A DNA stretch of 44,203 nt, filler included, from Sphacelaria rigidula (Eukaryota), in the NCBI GenBank assembly GCA_964200075.2. It is 2 parts of 2 records of this genome, joined end to end, with 100 filler letters (N's around TTAATTAATTAA, not from the genome) between each part and the next. Parts side by side here need not be neighbours in the genome. Positions count along the whole stretch, not along the records: positions 1 to 22,053 come from CAXNAA020000359.1; positions 22,154 to 44,203 come from CAXNAA020000360.1. One strand, written 5' to 3'. Below the pieces are notes generated by a model, which saw only the letters and a list, made by a program, of their open reading frames with translations, had not been told where the DNA came from and made no database searches. Within the stretch, counting starts at the first letter, position 1; each line of letters begins with the position of its first letter. This document shows positions 13,501-24,364 of the stretch, piece by piece. Position numbers and translations under genes: made by a program.

Positions 13501-16500
13501 GCGTAACGTCATTCGGCCTCGAGCATCGCCTTCCCTTCCGGACGCTGTACGTGGGTCTATATATGTTGATTAGCCCGCTCACCTCCGTCCTTTTCCACAG
13601 CTTCCCAGGATGACTAATCCGGCGATGCCATGGTCAACGTGTGACTCTGTGCTTCGGGAGGAAGATCCTCTCCTCGCCACCCGGTTTCGCCAGTGCCGCC
13701 TGCGTCGCGGCGATTTTTCATCCAGCCGGGGCTATCGTTGCATGAAACTCGAGCTCCATGTCGCTAGCTAGGATGACGCTTAGCGCCGGCTCGCCGCTTT
13801 CATCGCCGCCGTCCCCTCGACCACTCCTGGTACGTGTGCTAAAAATGGTGGGTTCACTGCCAGGCCAGTGGTCCGCGATTCTCCGAAGTGCGGCTGGCGC
13901 GGCCTTCGCTCCTTTTCTGGCGAGGACTCCAGGTCTTGTTGTTCTTAGCTCTCCGGCGATTTCTGCGTTCTCTGATGGCGACTCCAGGTCTTCCTCTTCC
14001 GCTGCCGACTCCCTGTTCTTCGAGTATGTTTGCTCACCTTGGTCAGCTTGTTCGTCGCTGGCCTCTCGCCGTCCCCCTCCATAACCATCCACATCTTCAA
14101 TTGTCTGTATCACCTCTGCTGCTCTGATAGAAGCTGACTGTAGTGCCTGCTCACCACTCGGCCATTTCTTGGTGCTCTCCAGGTACCATGAAACGTTTTG
14201 TCGGTCAAGACTTTGTCGGGTGCGGAGGTTGAGGACCTTGAAGGTGCCGGTCGGGTTGATGGGAGAGATGACCAACATAGTACACTTTTCACCCCGCACC
14301 TTTAGCTTGTTGTCAGTGGTGGTGCTCCGCATATAACCGACCGGTGCGAATGGGTGCAGTTGCCCAAGCGGAGGAGGTGTGCCATACCAGATCTTACACG
14401 TTTTGTTTCTTACGTCGTGATTCACATGTTTGTTGCAGTGATGGCGTTGTTCCATATCCCCGCCAAGAACTTCTCAATGTGCACGCCCGTATCCTGCTTC
14501 TTTAGGCCCGGAAGAAGGGCAATTGCATTCTCTCGCGGCGACCCCAGTGCCCTCTCGACGAAGTCGTTACACTGTTATACTGCGGAGCAATGGGCGGCGT
14601 GACGTGGTGGGTGATACCTGTAGAGTAGTTCACCTAGGGGTCTATATATCGAGCCCGTCCAGCTTGCGCTAGAAGGTGCAATTGAAGTCTTTGCCGTTGT
14701 CTGTGCGAACGACCGCTGTCGTTAGCCCGGCAAGGGTGGTGTAATCGGCTATGTAGCTCTGCAGCGTAGCCGTCGTGTAATCCTTGCTCTTTAAGAACTT
14801 GATCCCCTTAAACCGACTGTAATTTTCCACCATAGTCATAACGTACTTGCTTCCTCTCAAGATTGTAGCGGGCATCGGCCCTGCTAGGTCGACGTGCAGC
14901 AGCGTCACCCGTGTTGAAGCGCGAGGTGCCACCTTTTTCGGCGCAGCGTGATCGTGGATCTTCATCACGTCAAGCTCCGGACATTGGCTCCACTTTCCGG
15001 TCAATTTGATGCCAGCCATCTTGGCCGTCATCCTGGCGATGTTCTCGCTAGGGTGATCCATCAGACGGCGAACATCCATGGTGTCGCGCTGGGTGGGTGT
15101 TGAAGCGAACGTCGCATGCTCTGCCATCACAGCGTTCCGCTTGGCCTTCATCTCGTAAAACCCGGACGCATTGCTGAGGTCGAGGAGCAGCGTGCACTCT
15201 CGCCGATGCCTATGTGGGCGCGCCACGGGGACTTGGAGAATACCTTTCCGGTCAGCCTTGCCAGCTGACGTTCGGAGATGAGGTTGCATCCCAACTTGGG
15301 CACGTGAAGAGCTCTCCTCAATGGGATGCTGGTTGATTCATCCGACTGCTCTGCCCTAATTTCGAGCAGACCACTTCCCGCTACTAGCAGGTTCTTTCAT
15401 TCCGCGGGCCGGTAGTTGTAGAGTCCTTCCGCTGAAGGCGTCATGTTGCTGATAGCTCCTAATTCTGCGGCCCAAGTCTTGTGTCCACCACCGGAAGAAC
15501 CGCCAGCGCCGTTAACGGCCGATGCTGCGGTGAGGGTAGTTTCTGTAGCCGAAGGGTGAACTATCCTCAACATCGACGTGCATTATTTCTCGCCTTCCTC
15601 AGCCCATCACTTCTCGCAAGCCGCTGCCTTGTTTTCCGGGCTGTCATGGATGGGAAGCACTGGGTATCCTTCTTCGGTTTCCCGCCGTGGCATTCCTCTC
15701 CGCGGCGTCCCCGTTTTCCGCGCGTGGAGCACTTGCCTTTGACCTTCGAGCGCAGCTTCCCTCGTTTTTGCTTCGGGTCGAAGAACTGGGACTTTTGTTG
15801 ACCCGGCTTCGCCGCGGCCACGAGTGCTGTCGCACCTGCTTCACTCTTCTCCCTCTGGAACCGCTGGTATTGGTTGTTGAGGACTCTCTCGATGTGCTCC
15901 CGCGAGGGCTCTTGTGCCCCTCCTGCCAGCATTCGTCCCTCGATGGTGTGCTCCTGCGTGGCTCCACGCGTTTTTTGTCGTCGTCGACGTTTTCCCTACT
16001 CGCCTCAGCTCGTTGGCGGCTAATTCCACCCGTTTCATGAACTTCGTGGGCTCCTCTTCCGGCTTCATCCCCAGCGCGGCGAACTCGGTGAACAGGCGGC
16101 ACTTGTCCCTGAGGCCGCTCGCACAGCACCGCTGCCACAGTTCCTTCCATGCCGTGCTGGGTGAATCGATGCTCTATATGATTTTCTTCGCTGGACCTTT
16201 GCATGTGGAGATAAGGGCTACCCATGCCCGTGATGCAGTCTTGATTCGTGCTGGGTCGGCTCCCTCGACGCTGAAATCCTCCGCTCGCCTTCATCTCGTC
16301 TTCAGTTGATGGATCTGACGCAAGACCGACAATCCTCGCCTGCGCCGGGAAGGTGTTATGCCAGTTCGCCCAGTCCTGTTCTCTGCCGGAGAAGGAGTGA
16401 AGATCGACCTTGGACTCCGTTCGTTCCCGAACATTCGTTTCTGACGTTGCTGCATCGCTGGAGGCTGTTTCTGGAGCGGGAAGGGAAGCTGGAGCTGGAG

Positions 16501-19500
16501 CTGGAGTGGCTGCAGCCTACTGCTGTAGAGCTGCCGCTACAGCTATACAAATAATTTCCGCCAACTCTTTCTTCGTCACCTCGTCTATTTTTGCAGTCTT
16601 TCCACTCTTTACTTCAGGAGTATGGCGGCGTCAACTTCGTGCCGACGCGGCAACAACGCGTCATAACGCGTTCGACATTCTCTGACGCCAACAGATAGCT
16701 GGTGGGACGGCTTCTCCAAGGTGCTGTGTCGTTGGCGTGCCTCAGGAGTGAGAGATGGTACCCCTTTTCGAACCTCTATTCGTTTCCCTTTCAGCCGTCC
16801 CTTGTCGGCCACCTCACTTGGTCAACAATACGATTATGGTCTCAATACTACTGCTGGGCACCCGGAATCACCCGGAATGGGCCCTGGCCTAGTTGGGTAG
16901 GGTACCACGTCGGACGTGATTTAGGTGGGGTTCGTGGTCTTGCGCGAATACCGTATCTATCCAACTCTTAAGCTACTCTTCTAGAACGCCACTATTATAG
17001 AACCACCTTCTTGAAACCTTTTATAGAACAATCGGAAGCCACCCGCAGAATACCCCGCAGCTACTATTCTGAACCCTCCTTCTGGAAGCCTTCCACAGAA
17101 TACTCGGAAACTACTCGCAGAATATCCCGCATCTGCATGTAGATCCACTGACGTCGTCACAAAAGATGAACAACAAAACGCGGCTGCTGTCGGTACGTGC
17201 CGTTATAGTACATACCTCTGTATGGTGGATACCACAGTGTAAGGTTAGTCAGCGGTTGTCTCTCGCAGCTAATTCATCTCACCGTGTAAAGCATCTTACT
17301 CGGACACGTTGTCTCATTCTCTCTGTACCGCAGAGCTAAATTGATTTTTCTTACCTCAAAGAAACGACGCCGTCGTCCCGACAGATAACGCGCCCTGAAA
17401 AGGTCGAGGCGCTTGTTACAAGTCACGAACAGCGCTCCGATCAGCCCTCCCAGCGTCGCAATGGCAACAAACACGAACAATTCCCACATGTAGAAGTTAG
17501 AATCCTGGCAAAATACGGCCAAAATGAGCATCGACGGGCGAATGAGTTATCGAGACGGCGTTCGAGTTACTAATGCAATGGGCATCACGCAGACCACGAC
17601 GTTTGATGTGATGACAGAGGTGACGATATTCCGAGCTCGATGCGCTGTTGCACTTTCGTCAACTTTCCGCAGATATATCACATTCGCCCTCTGAGATAGG
17701 ACGCCTTCTCTTGCCGATAAATCGCGACGAATTTCGACAGTACGGTGGTGTTAAGGTGTGTTCCCTGCACAAAAACCTAAACAGACTCTAGTAATCGCAG
17801 GGCTGGCGGCTGCGCTCGATTGCACGCAAGTACTGCATACAAAGTACGAGTTTTTCTAACAACACGGAAGCGTTGCTGACATTACAAGCGCTGGCCACCG
17901 AAACAGACACGCCTGAGCACCAACGCTAGGAATCAAAACACGCCTCCACACCAGGTGTGCCCTGGAGTGTCCCATGGTTTACCTCTTCACTGAACTCGCC
18001 GAATACGAAAATGTCCTCGGCCGCGAGCGGGTGATTTAGCATGTTTCGGCCGTGGAAAACGAGGTAGTACACTACGACTGTCACCACCGCGGCGGCGAAA
18101 CTGAAACGGAACGTGCAAGATAATATCAACAGAAGGAGGAGGATACCGAGTACGAAGTGAGTTATAACTTCGGAGAGCACTCCGTTCTTCCACGAGATTG
18201 GATTGGCGTAGTTGGAACAGTAAATATCTTATACCACACCTGGAGTACTGGCGGTACATCGAACTATTATACGGCATCACATTTGGATGAGAGGCACTGG
18301 GGGATATGCCTACTGGCTCTTCGCGTGAAGCCCTCATATGGCGTTCCTATATCGGACATTTCCCCTGCATGATGCCTCTGCCTTGATATCGTCGTCGGTC
18401 CAGCTATTGAACGCTGGCAGTGGTAGAAGTGTCGGATCTTCTTTATATCATCACGGCAATCACGCCTGAATGATCCATTGCACTGATTACAGACACGAAC
18501 ATCTTGGTACAGTCACCTCCCTTACTCCATTGGATCATGGAAAAGGGACAGGGTCACCACAGGCTGCAATATATGGCCGAACCTGCGCCAAGTAAGGAGC
18601 GTAGACCAGAATGACGCTCCTTCCTCGATAGTGAACAACACCCCGCCGATTGGAGTGCGGAAGGCTGCGGCTACTCCGGCGGCCGTTCCAATAGCAGCGA
18701 AATCACGCCTGCCAGGGATCGTTCACGGTGACTTCATCCCAAAACATCTCTGTTGCTTTTGTAGAGTAAAGAAAGCCGCGACTGAAGAGGCGGGGCGGTT
18801 CAGCGTATACGAATTCCAGCATGACAGCCACCGCTCCGGAAAAAGATCAAGTGTGATCCCATGGTGTTGCGGTCAACAATAACAAAAGCACAAATTGTAC
18901 GTGCTTCCATGCTAGATACCTGAAATCACGGCTGTTTTTCGCTCGGGAGCACAGCACATGAACCGAATAAGTGCGATCGAAGGAGGGCGCTGCCGGATTC
19001 GGCGATGTCCGTCGGTTTGAGGCGTTTACCAAAGCTCGTATGGTACTACACGTAACCTGCGTCAGAAGAGTGCAAAACATAAGTGTGCTTTCGGTACTCT
19101 ACCCAGCGCTTCATGACGGTACCTGTCGCGATCATTGCAGAAATCTGCCAAACCCTTCACCCGGGGTAAGCTGGCAATACTCCCACCAATAGCCGCACCC
19201 GCGTGAATCATCGGACCCTCTTTCCCGATGGGCAGTCCTGACGCCACTCCCAGAATAACACCAATTATTTTACACATCAGGGTACCCGGTGCAAGCACCT
19301 GTAGAAACAAAGGCAAGCGTAACATACCGTATCAGCGAGACTCTTGACAAGTGCCTGACGGTAAGAAATTATGGAACTCATAGCTCCTTTAAACACAAGT
19401 GGAACACCCTACTCCAAGTGTTGCAATGCCGGGATCGCCCAACCATCTTAAACTGGCGGTGAAACAGGTGTGCCTCCGGGTCCACACATTTAATGCCACC

Positions 19501-21485
19501 CGAAGCGACCCGTGGCTGGCAGCCTACCCATATCCAATCACGGTTTCCATAAAAAGTATTCAAGTCTGGGGCAAATAAAAACGTAGGCGCTGCGCACTTG
19601 TGCCGTCTTGATTTGAGACGAAAAGAGCCGAACAAAACCCCACACGGCGAGAGAGAATCAAGCCGGTTCATTGTTGGAGAAGCCCGAACGCTGAGGTTGA
19701 CAGGTCCGCACAATTCGGACGTCTCCGAAACAACAGTCTCGATAATTATGGGCCTAACTTTTTTGTTTTATTGTGGCCATCTCTTTGCCGGATGATCGTG
19801 AACGGCTACGCGGTCGACAAATCCAATTCTAGAAGGCCGTCTACAATTGCTGAGTTCAGCCTCCGCTATGTTGTAGTGTATATTCGTATATTCCACCTGC
19901 GGGATACTGACGCCGTTCAAGACGCACTTCGTCTCCGGTATTCCAGAACCGGCGGCCCAAGGATTAATAACACACAGGCCGAATGCTCCTGACGCTAAGA
20001 TTATGTTGAAGAGCCAAAACCAGCCAAAAGCTGAGCCATAGCGCTGAAGACCTGAGTGACGAAGTTCGAGCGACACTGTCCTTTAAGCCACACCGGAAGA
20101 TATTGAAATGCTGGTGCTGTAGAGCAAAAATGCGTTTGGGAACCAACTGCGCGGTTGCAGTTGTCGAAATGTCTGAAGTGCGGTATGTAATCGGCGTGTA
20201 TTTTAAAAAAAAGGTGACACCCGGTGGCTCAGTGGGTAAACTCGAAACCTTCTGCCTGTTGGGTCGTGGGGATGAATCTCGGTGCAGTCACACGATCTAC
20301 GATTTTTTCTCACACAATGCCCAACAGTGGAGAGCGACTATGTCGTGGGTACACAAAGTTCGACTTAACGGTCGACGAGGGAAAGGGACTACAAAACCCC
20401 TCTCGAGATAAAAAATAAAAAGGCAAGCACCTCACAAGGAAGATGGAGAACTAAAAAAAAAACATCCTGTGTTGACCTTCCTCCTGCGTGACCCCAACTG
20501 GTGCGCCCACATATACCGACAGATGTAGATTGGCGTCCAGAATATCTCGGGCGACAACACTTTCCTTTTTTGCTTCTACCTCTATATTGGGCCTTCCCAC
20601 AGTACAAGTCCACAGCCTCGAGACGCCAAGCCATCCCTTTAGGACTGCGGAAAACAATGAAAGTATTATCTCTTCGGAATTCGACCCACTGAACCCTCCC
20701 GAACTGGCCGGCAAAGTACAGTACTACGTCGACCACCGGGGCATGATCGCTTGCTGCGCACCGGATTCGCCCTCATGGTGCTCGAGCACCTCAGCGACGA
20801 AGTGAAGCTTGGCCTCCATAATTGTCACCGTGAAAAAGGTCACGAAGCTCCCTGATAGTCCGACTACGACTCCAAGCCCCACCGTCAGCAGGCGTGCCAT
20901 GTGTTTCCTGTGGCGTCTCAGCTCGTTCGCTCCGCGCTTCGCCTTGCCCATCGTGTCTCTCTTGTGCATGTGCCACACCTAAGCAACTCGAGCGGAGGGT
21001 CTGACGCGTTATCGAGGCTTATCGGCGGAGTGTACGTATATCGACACGTTGAGTTTAATATCCCGACCAGCACGAAACGCCTGAATAGTCTCCAAGCCCC
21101 ACAGGGACTGGAGCGCATACCTGAAGAGTCGCACTGTGGATATCCATACCCATAATATCAAGCAAGTGTACGTCCGGTTGACACATTCCAAGCCTCACTA
21201 TTGTGCGGCAGAGCTCGACTCCGGTACGTTATCGGTAGCATACATGGCTGCTCAGTACTTCTTTTGTGTATTTCTCGAGAAAAATAGCCTGACATTCGTT
21301 GATTATCAGTGCCCGTGATGCGAGGTCCTGCGAACATGTGCTCTACTTGTGGTAGGCCCTATCAAATATTTACGTCATGGTGAAAGCTGCACCTTGCTGT
21401 CATATAGCTCGTAGTCTGCTGTTTCGAAAGTCTTGTAAGCGAGTCGACGCCGACGCCGTGCTGCGGCCCAAATGTCCTGAACGTC
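4548..21485 (-). CDS. CLC: CLC-family chloride channel/Cl-/H+ antiporter (CLC-6/7 or plant CLC-like) with C-terminal CBS domains; 15 exons identified, 5' exons missing
   Basis: Exons (minus): 21485-21393, 20978-20762, 20051-19897, 19298-19123, 18708-18583, 18100-17983, 17504-17355, 10875-10711, 10381-10192, 9517-9381, 9013-8840, 8371-8247, 7956-7891, 5946-5792, 4768-4548. All phases join; 2268 nt = 755 aa + TGA. Motifs: FETADYE, GSGIPE, GKEGPMIH, RRDFAAIGTAAGVAAAFRTPIGGVLFTIEEGASFW, GLFIP, GGITRMTLSLTVMLVEA, GIYD, CBS1 (HNCFPVV), CBS2 (FRTLGLRHLVVV...GMVTRENL). Confidence 0.96.
6290..6610 (+). mobile_element. tRNA-headed SINE-like element in CLC intron
   Basis: Pol III A-box-like TGGTCTAATCGG (6304-6315) and B-box-like GGTTTTGAACCCC (6359-6371). 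The 3' core (about 6528-6600, reverse complement) resembles GTCCGTGGTCTCAAGGGATCAA...CCCCCGGTAC at 23490 and 40130. Confidence 0.5.
10939..10998 (+). repeat. (ACTC)n tetranucleotide microsatellite
   Basis: About 15 near-perfect ACTC units seen directly. Confidence 0.95.
11433..12043 (-). repeat. 3' LTR of the Copia element
   Basis: Ends ...GCATCTTACTCGGACA on + (minus-strand start TGTCCGAGTAAGATGC). Colinear with about 16670-17306 (shared blocks TTCGTGGTCTTGCGCGAA, TCTGTATGGTGGATACCAC). Left boundary approximate. Confidence 0.8.
16670..17306 (-). repeat. 5' LTR of the Copia element
   Basis: Same terminal GCATCTTACTCGGACA at 17291-17306. A GTTATG PBS-like remnant lies on minus at about 16662-16667. 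Left boundary approximate. Confidence 0.8.
20214..20562 (+). mobile_element. tRNA-derived SINE-like element in CLC intron
   Basis: A-box TGGCTCAGTGG (20225-20235) and degenerate B-box GGATGAATCTC (20270-20280). The 3' part (20495-20560) recurs in reverse complement at about 42690-42762, so it is a dispersed repeat. Confidence 0.65.
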
Positions 21486-22053
21486 CTGTACAGCGCAACG
21501 GACAAGGCAGGGCGTGGCGGACGGATTGTGTAGACCTCGAGAGGAGCATCAGTGGAAGAGCGCTAGAGATACACGATATCATGTGGAGATGGTTTTCGCA
21601 GTGTTGCGCATGATTTAGTGTCACATTTTTAACACCCCTGAGAAACGAGATGCGGCGGATTTAAAGGACTCAATGAAGCACGTGATTGCGGAGGGGCTGA
21701 TATACAGCTGTAGGTCATTGCTGCAGCTACTCTCACAAATGATTCTGACCCAACTCCATGGACTGAAGATTCATCCTACGATAGGGGGGCGGAGGGGGGG
21801 GGCGTATTTTGAGCCGTTTCTTTCACGAAGTACCGCTTCGAATCGTCGTTGAGAGGAAACAAGGTTGTTCGAACACACTTGTTACATATAAATAAAACTT
21901 AGTAATGCTGGTTGATACCGTTTTTACCCAATTCAAGCGCACCGCGAGTGTTTCACGCCTTCTGACACACCTATGAGCCCCGTTGTTTTTTGCGGAATCA
22001 AACACCCCCCCCCCCCCCCCCCCCCACTAACAAACAAACAACCGACAAAAGAA

Positions 22054-22153
22054 NNNNNNNNNNNNNNNNNNNNNNNNNNNNNNNNNNNNNNNNNNNNTTA
22101 ATTAATTAANNNNNNNNNNNNNNNNNNNNNNNNNNNNNNNNNNNNNNNNNNNN
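22054..22153. other. Assembly gap: 44 N + TTAATTAATTAA + 44 N (artificial six-frame-stop spacer)
   Basis: Exactly 100 nt, symmetric N padding around TTAATTAATTAA (22098-22109). Confidence 0.95.
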
Positions 22154-22485
22154 TTATTCTGTGGTATCGCCACTTTCAGAGACAGCCACGTCTTTTACAC
22201 TGTCTCACGGGAGGGGGGGGGGGGGGTACTCATGCATGATCATAAGTACACCCCCGGGGGGAGGCAGCAACGAACAGTGGTGTGAGCGCATTGGTCGGCG
22301 GGTTTGTAGGCGGCAATGAGTGTGCCCTCAGTCGGAGGAAAACCCTCCAAGCAGGCGAAAAGAACGTGCTGATGCAGCACGGAAACAAACGCTGATGCTA
22401 CCGTGGTGCTATCAGACAAATGACCGAAAGATGAAGATGTTCATGAACAAAACTCCCCAGCAACACCGAAGAGGAAGAACAATAC

Positions 22486-22632
22486 GTAGGTGCCAACAAG
22501 TCCGGAACCTGCCTGACTGATGACGTCCGTCGCGTCTGCGGTCGACAAGCCCTGCTGACGGTACCCACGGAACTTGTGCCTTATGTGCCAAAACACGAAC
22601 GCGGGGGAGGGACACATGGACGTGAAGCGATC
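22486..22632 (-). CDS. Putative orphan exon, possibly an upstream CLC exon
   Basis: Strong acceptor (ttgttttctcag) before 22632 and open frame DRFTSMCPSPAFVFWHIRHKFRGYRQQGLSTADATDVISQ; donor ambiguous. Confidence 0.35.
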
Positions 22633-23469
22633 CTGAGAAAACAAGCCATCATTTTGCCAATCGAGACTGCGCTATCAAGGGCCATGGACGTCTCGAGTGA
22701 CTAGTCATCATTCCAGCGGACGGTGATCTTGTCATCGCCACGTCACAGCAAGCACCTCAAAGTTCCGGTGGGTATCCCTAGCACCCGATCTCGCGAGTGC
22801 ATCAGCCTACAACAGGCATCTCAATCCCTGGGACGAGCTATGCCACGCTTGGAGCTTTGCATTGCTACTTCTAGCCAACCGCGTGACGTGGGTACTATCA
22901 GGTAGACGGCGTGCACGCACGTGTCTGCGATCGTGTGCGTTCTTCAAGCTCCAAACGGATCTTGACTACAGCACAGGCTAGTTCACGCTCATCGTCCAAA
23001 ATTGTGTTATCAGCAAACGCCTTTTGCAATACCTACCCAATAGTTGCATGCATGATAGCATACTGACCACCATAGGCAGCTGGAGAGCGTGACATAGACG
23101 AATTTATGCTATGGTCATAGTGGTGGCGCCAAGGCCGAAAAGGTACCTCGACCAGTGAGCACCCTTCAAGTTGTTCTGATATCGAGACTATGAGCTCCAC
23201 GCCCAACATTCACCCAATCTCCACATGCTTCAAATAGTAGTAACCGCCATCAGCTCGGGAATCTAGCGAAGACCATTGGAAGGCGGCACATAATTCATCA
23301 AAGAAAAAAACGAGATGATGCGTCCCGGGGTAGTTCAAGGAACATATGTACAAAGTTTAGTCGAGAAACTCAGAAACGTCGTATAATAGATGTTTTCTCG
23401 CGTTAACGATGAATGCACCCCCAAAGACGTTTTCACACATGCTTTTTTTTCTTCCTCACACTTGATATC

Positions 23470-23744
23470 CCTCCCCTTCCTGAGGATGAGTCCGTGGTCT
23501 CAAGGGATCAACCTATCTCTCCCCCGGTACAGGCCTTTCATTTCGGTCTCGCGGACTGGAATAGCGTTGCCGCACCGTGTCAACTCACGTCACACACACG
23601 TAGTCGACTACTTTGTTCACTCACATACTCACGCTTTCCACGGTGGAGTCATACATTACGAAGAAAAAACCGAACGCATGGGAAATTGAACCCCCGTTCT
23701 CTCAACCCTCATGGCGACAATCGGACCATTACACCACCGGGGCG
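23470..23744 (-). mobile_element. tRNA-headed SINE-like element
   Basis: Minus strand: A-box TGGTGTAATGG (23736-23726) and B-box GGTTCAATTTCC (23692-23681). The core at 23490-23536 is shared with 6528-6600 and 40130-40176. Confidence 0.6.
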
Positions 23745-23800
23745 CTAATACCAGGTAGATGGGAGTTTGCACATTTCAAGGTCACGTCATCGCACAAATG

Positions 23801-24080
23801 CGCAAAACTTCACGCCGTTTTTAGGAGAAATACTCTGACCAATGTGCTCGGGTCATTACAAAACTTTCGATGGACAAGTTTTTCACCTCTCGACTTTTTT
23901 TTATCGCTTTTCGGGGGTCCGACAGAATCCAAGTTGCCCCCACAATCCTGGGATCCCCGAAAAACGGTGAAAAACGCAACGAGTAAAACAAACCCGACCT
24001 TCGAAAGTTGTGTAATGACCCACAGCAAAGTTGTGCAAAATTTTAGGGTCCAACACCTAAAAACGGCTTGAAGTTTTGCG
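23801..24080. mobile_element. MITE-like segment bounded by 25-bp inverted repeats
   Basis: CGCAAAACTTCACGCCGTTTTTAGG (23801-23825) versus the reverse complement of 24056-24080, 1 mismatch; no clear TSD. Confidence 0.5.
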
Positions 24081-24340
24081 GATGAGCGTTTATAGGTCGA
24101 TAAGCGTGAACCAGCCTGTAGTGGAGCTCTCCCACTGCACCAACTACATCATCTACGGAACACCTTCCCCCATAGTCAAAACCTGCCGCATAGTTTTCCG
24201 CTCCGAAGCTATTGTATCCCAGTACAGACCCTAGGTCGGGAGCGTCCGTGAGATCCATCTCGGCGTAGATCTCGACCTCGAATGAGTCCTCCTCCTCCAC
24301 TTTTGACTGGAGCTTCACGATCTTGCCCTTCAGGGGGATC

Positions 24341-24364
24341 ATATATATATATATATATATATAT
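24341..24364. repeat. (AT)n microsatellite
   Basis: 12 AT units seen directly. Confidence 0.95.

Larger units (their letters stand above)
11433..17306 (-). mobile_element. Degenerate Ty1/Copia LTR retrotransposon in CLC intron, same orientation as host gene
   Basis: Minus-strand fragments in Copia order: gag (about 16600-15600), protease remnant (TWAAELGAISNMT, about 15480-15440), GAG-pre-integrase and integrase (LLHVDLAGPM...VVRTDNGKDF, 15289-14669), RT (LHLDFDQA...GRLNKAIYGL, FEQSHADPCV, 13452-12778), RNase H (IREDSKGAIKLANN...RTRHIDVKHH, 12427-12170). Flanked by two similar LTRs of about 600 bp. Many frameshifts and stops. Confidence 0.93.

Noticed and set aside
19385..19535. GC-rich, possibly structured intronic segment (SINE tail or ribozyme?)
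   Set aside because: No second copy in the window and no hammerhead or HDV core motifs found
20214..20295. Intact tRNA gene on the plus strand
   Set aside because: The B box is degenerate, no cloverleaf forms, and it is part of a longer repeat
22098..22109. TTAATTAATTAA island inside the Ns as a biological motif
   Set aside because: Symmetric N padding totalling 100 nt marks it as an artificial scaffold spacer
23670..23744. Intact tRNA gene on the minus strand
   Set aside because: A/B boxes are present but there is no consistent acceptor or anticodon stem, and it is attached to a dispersed-repeat body, so it is a SINE head
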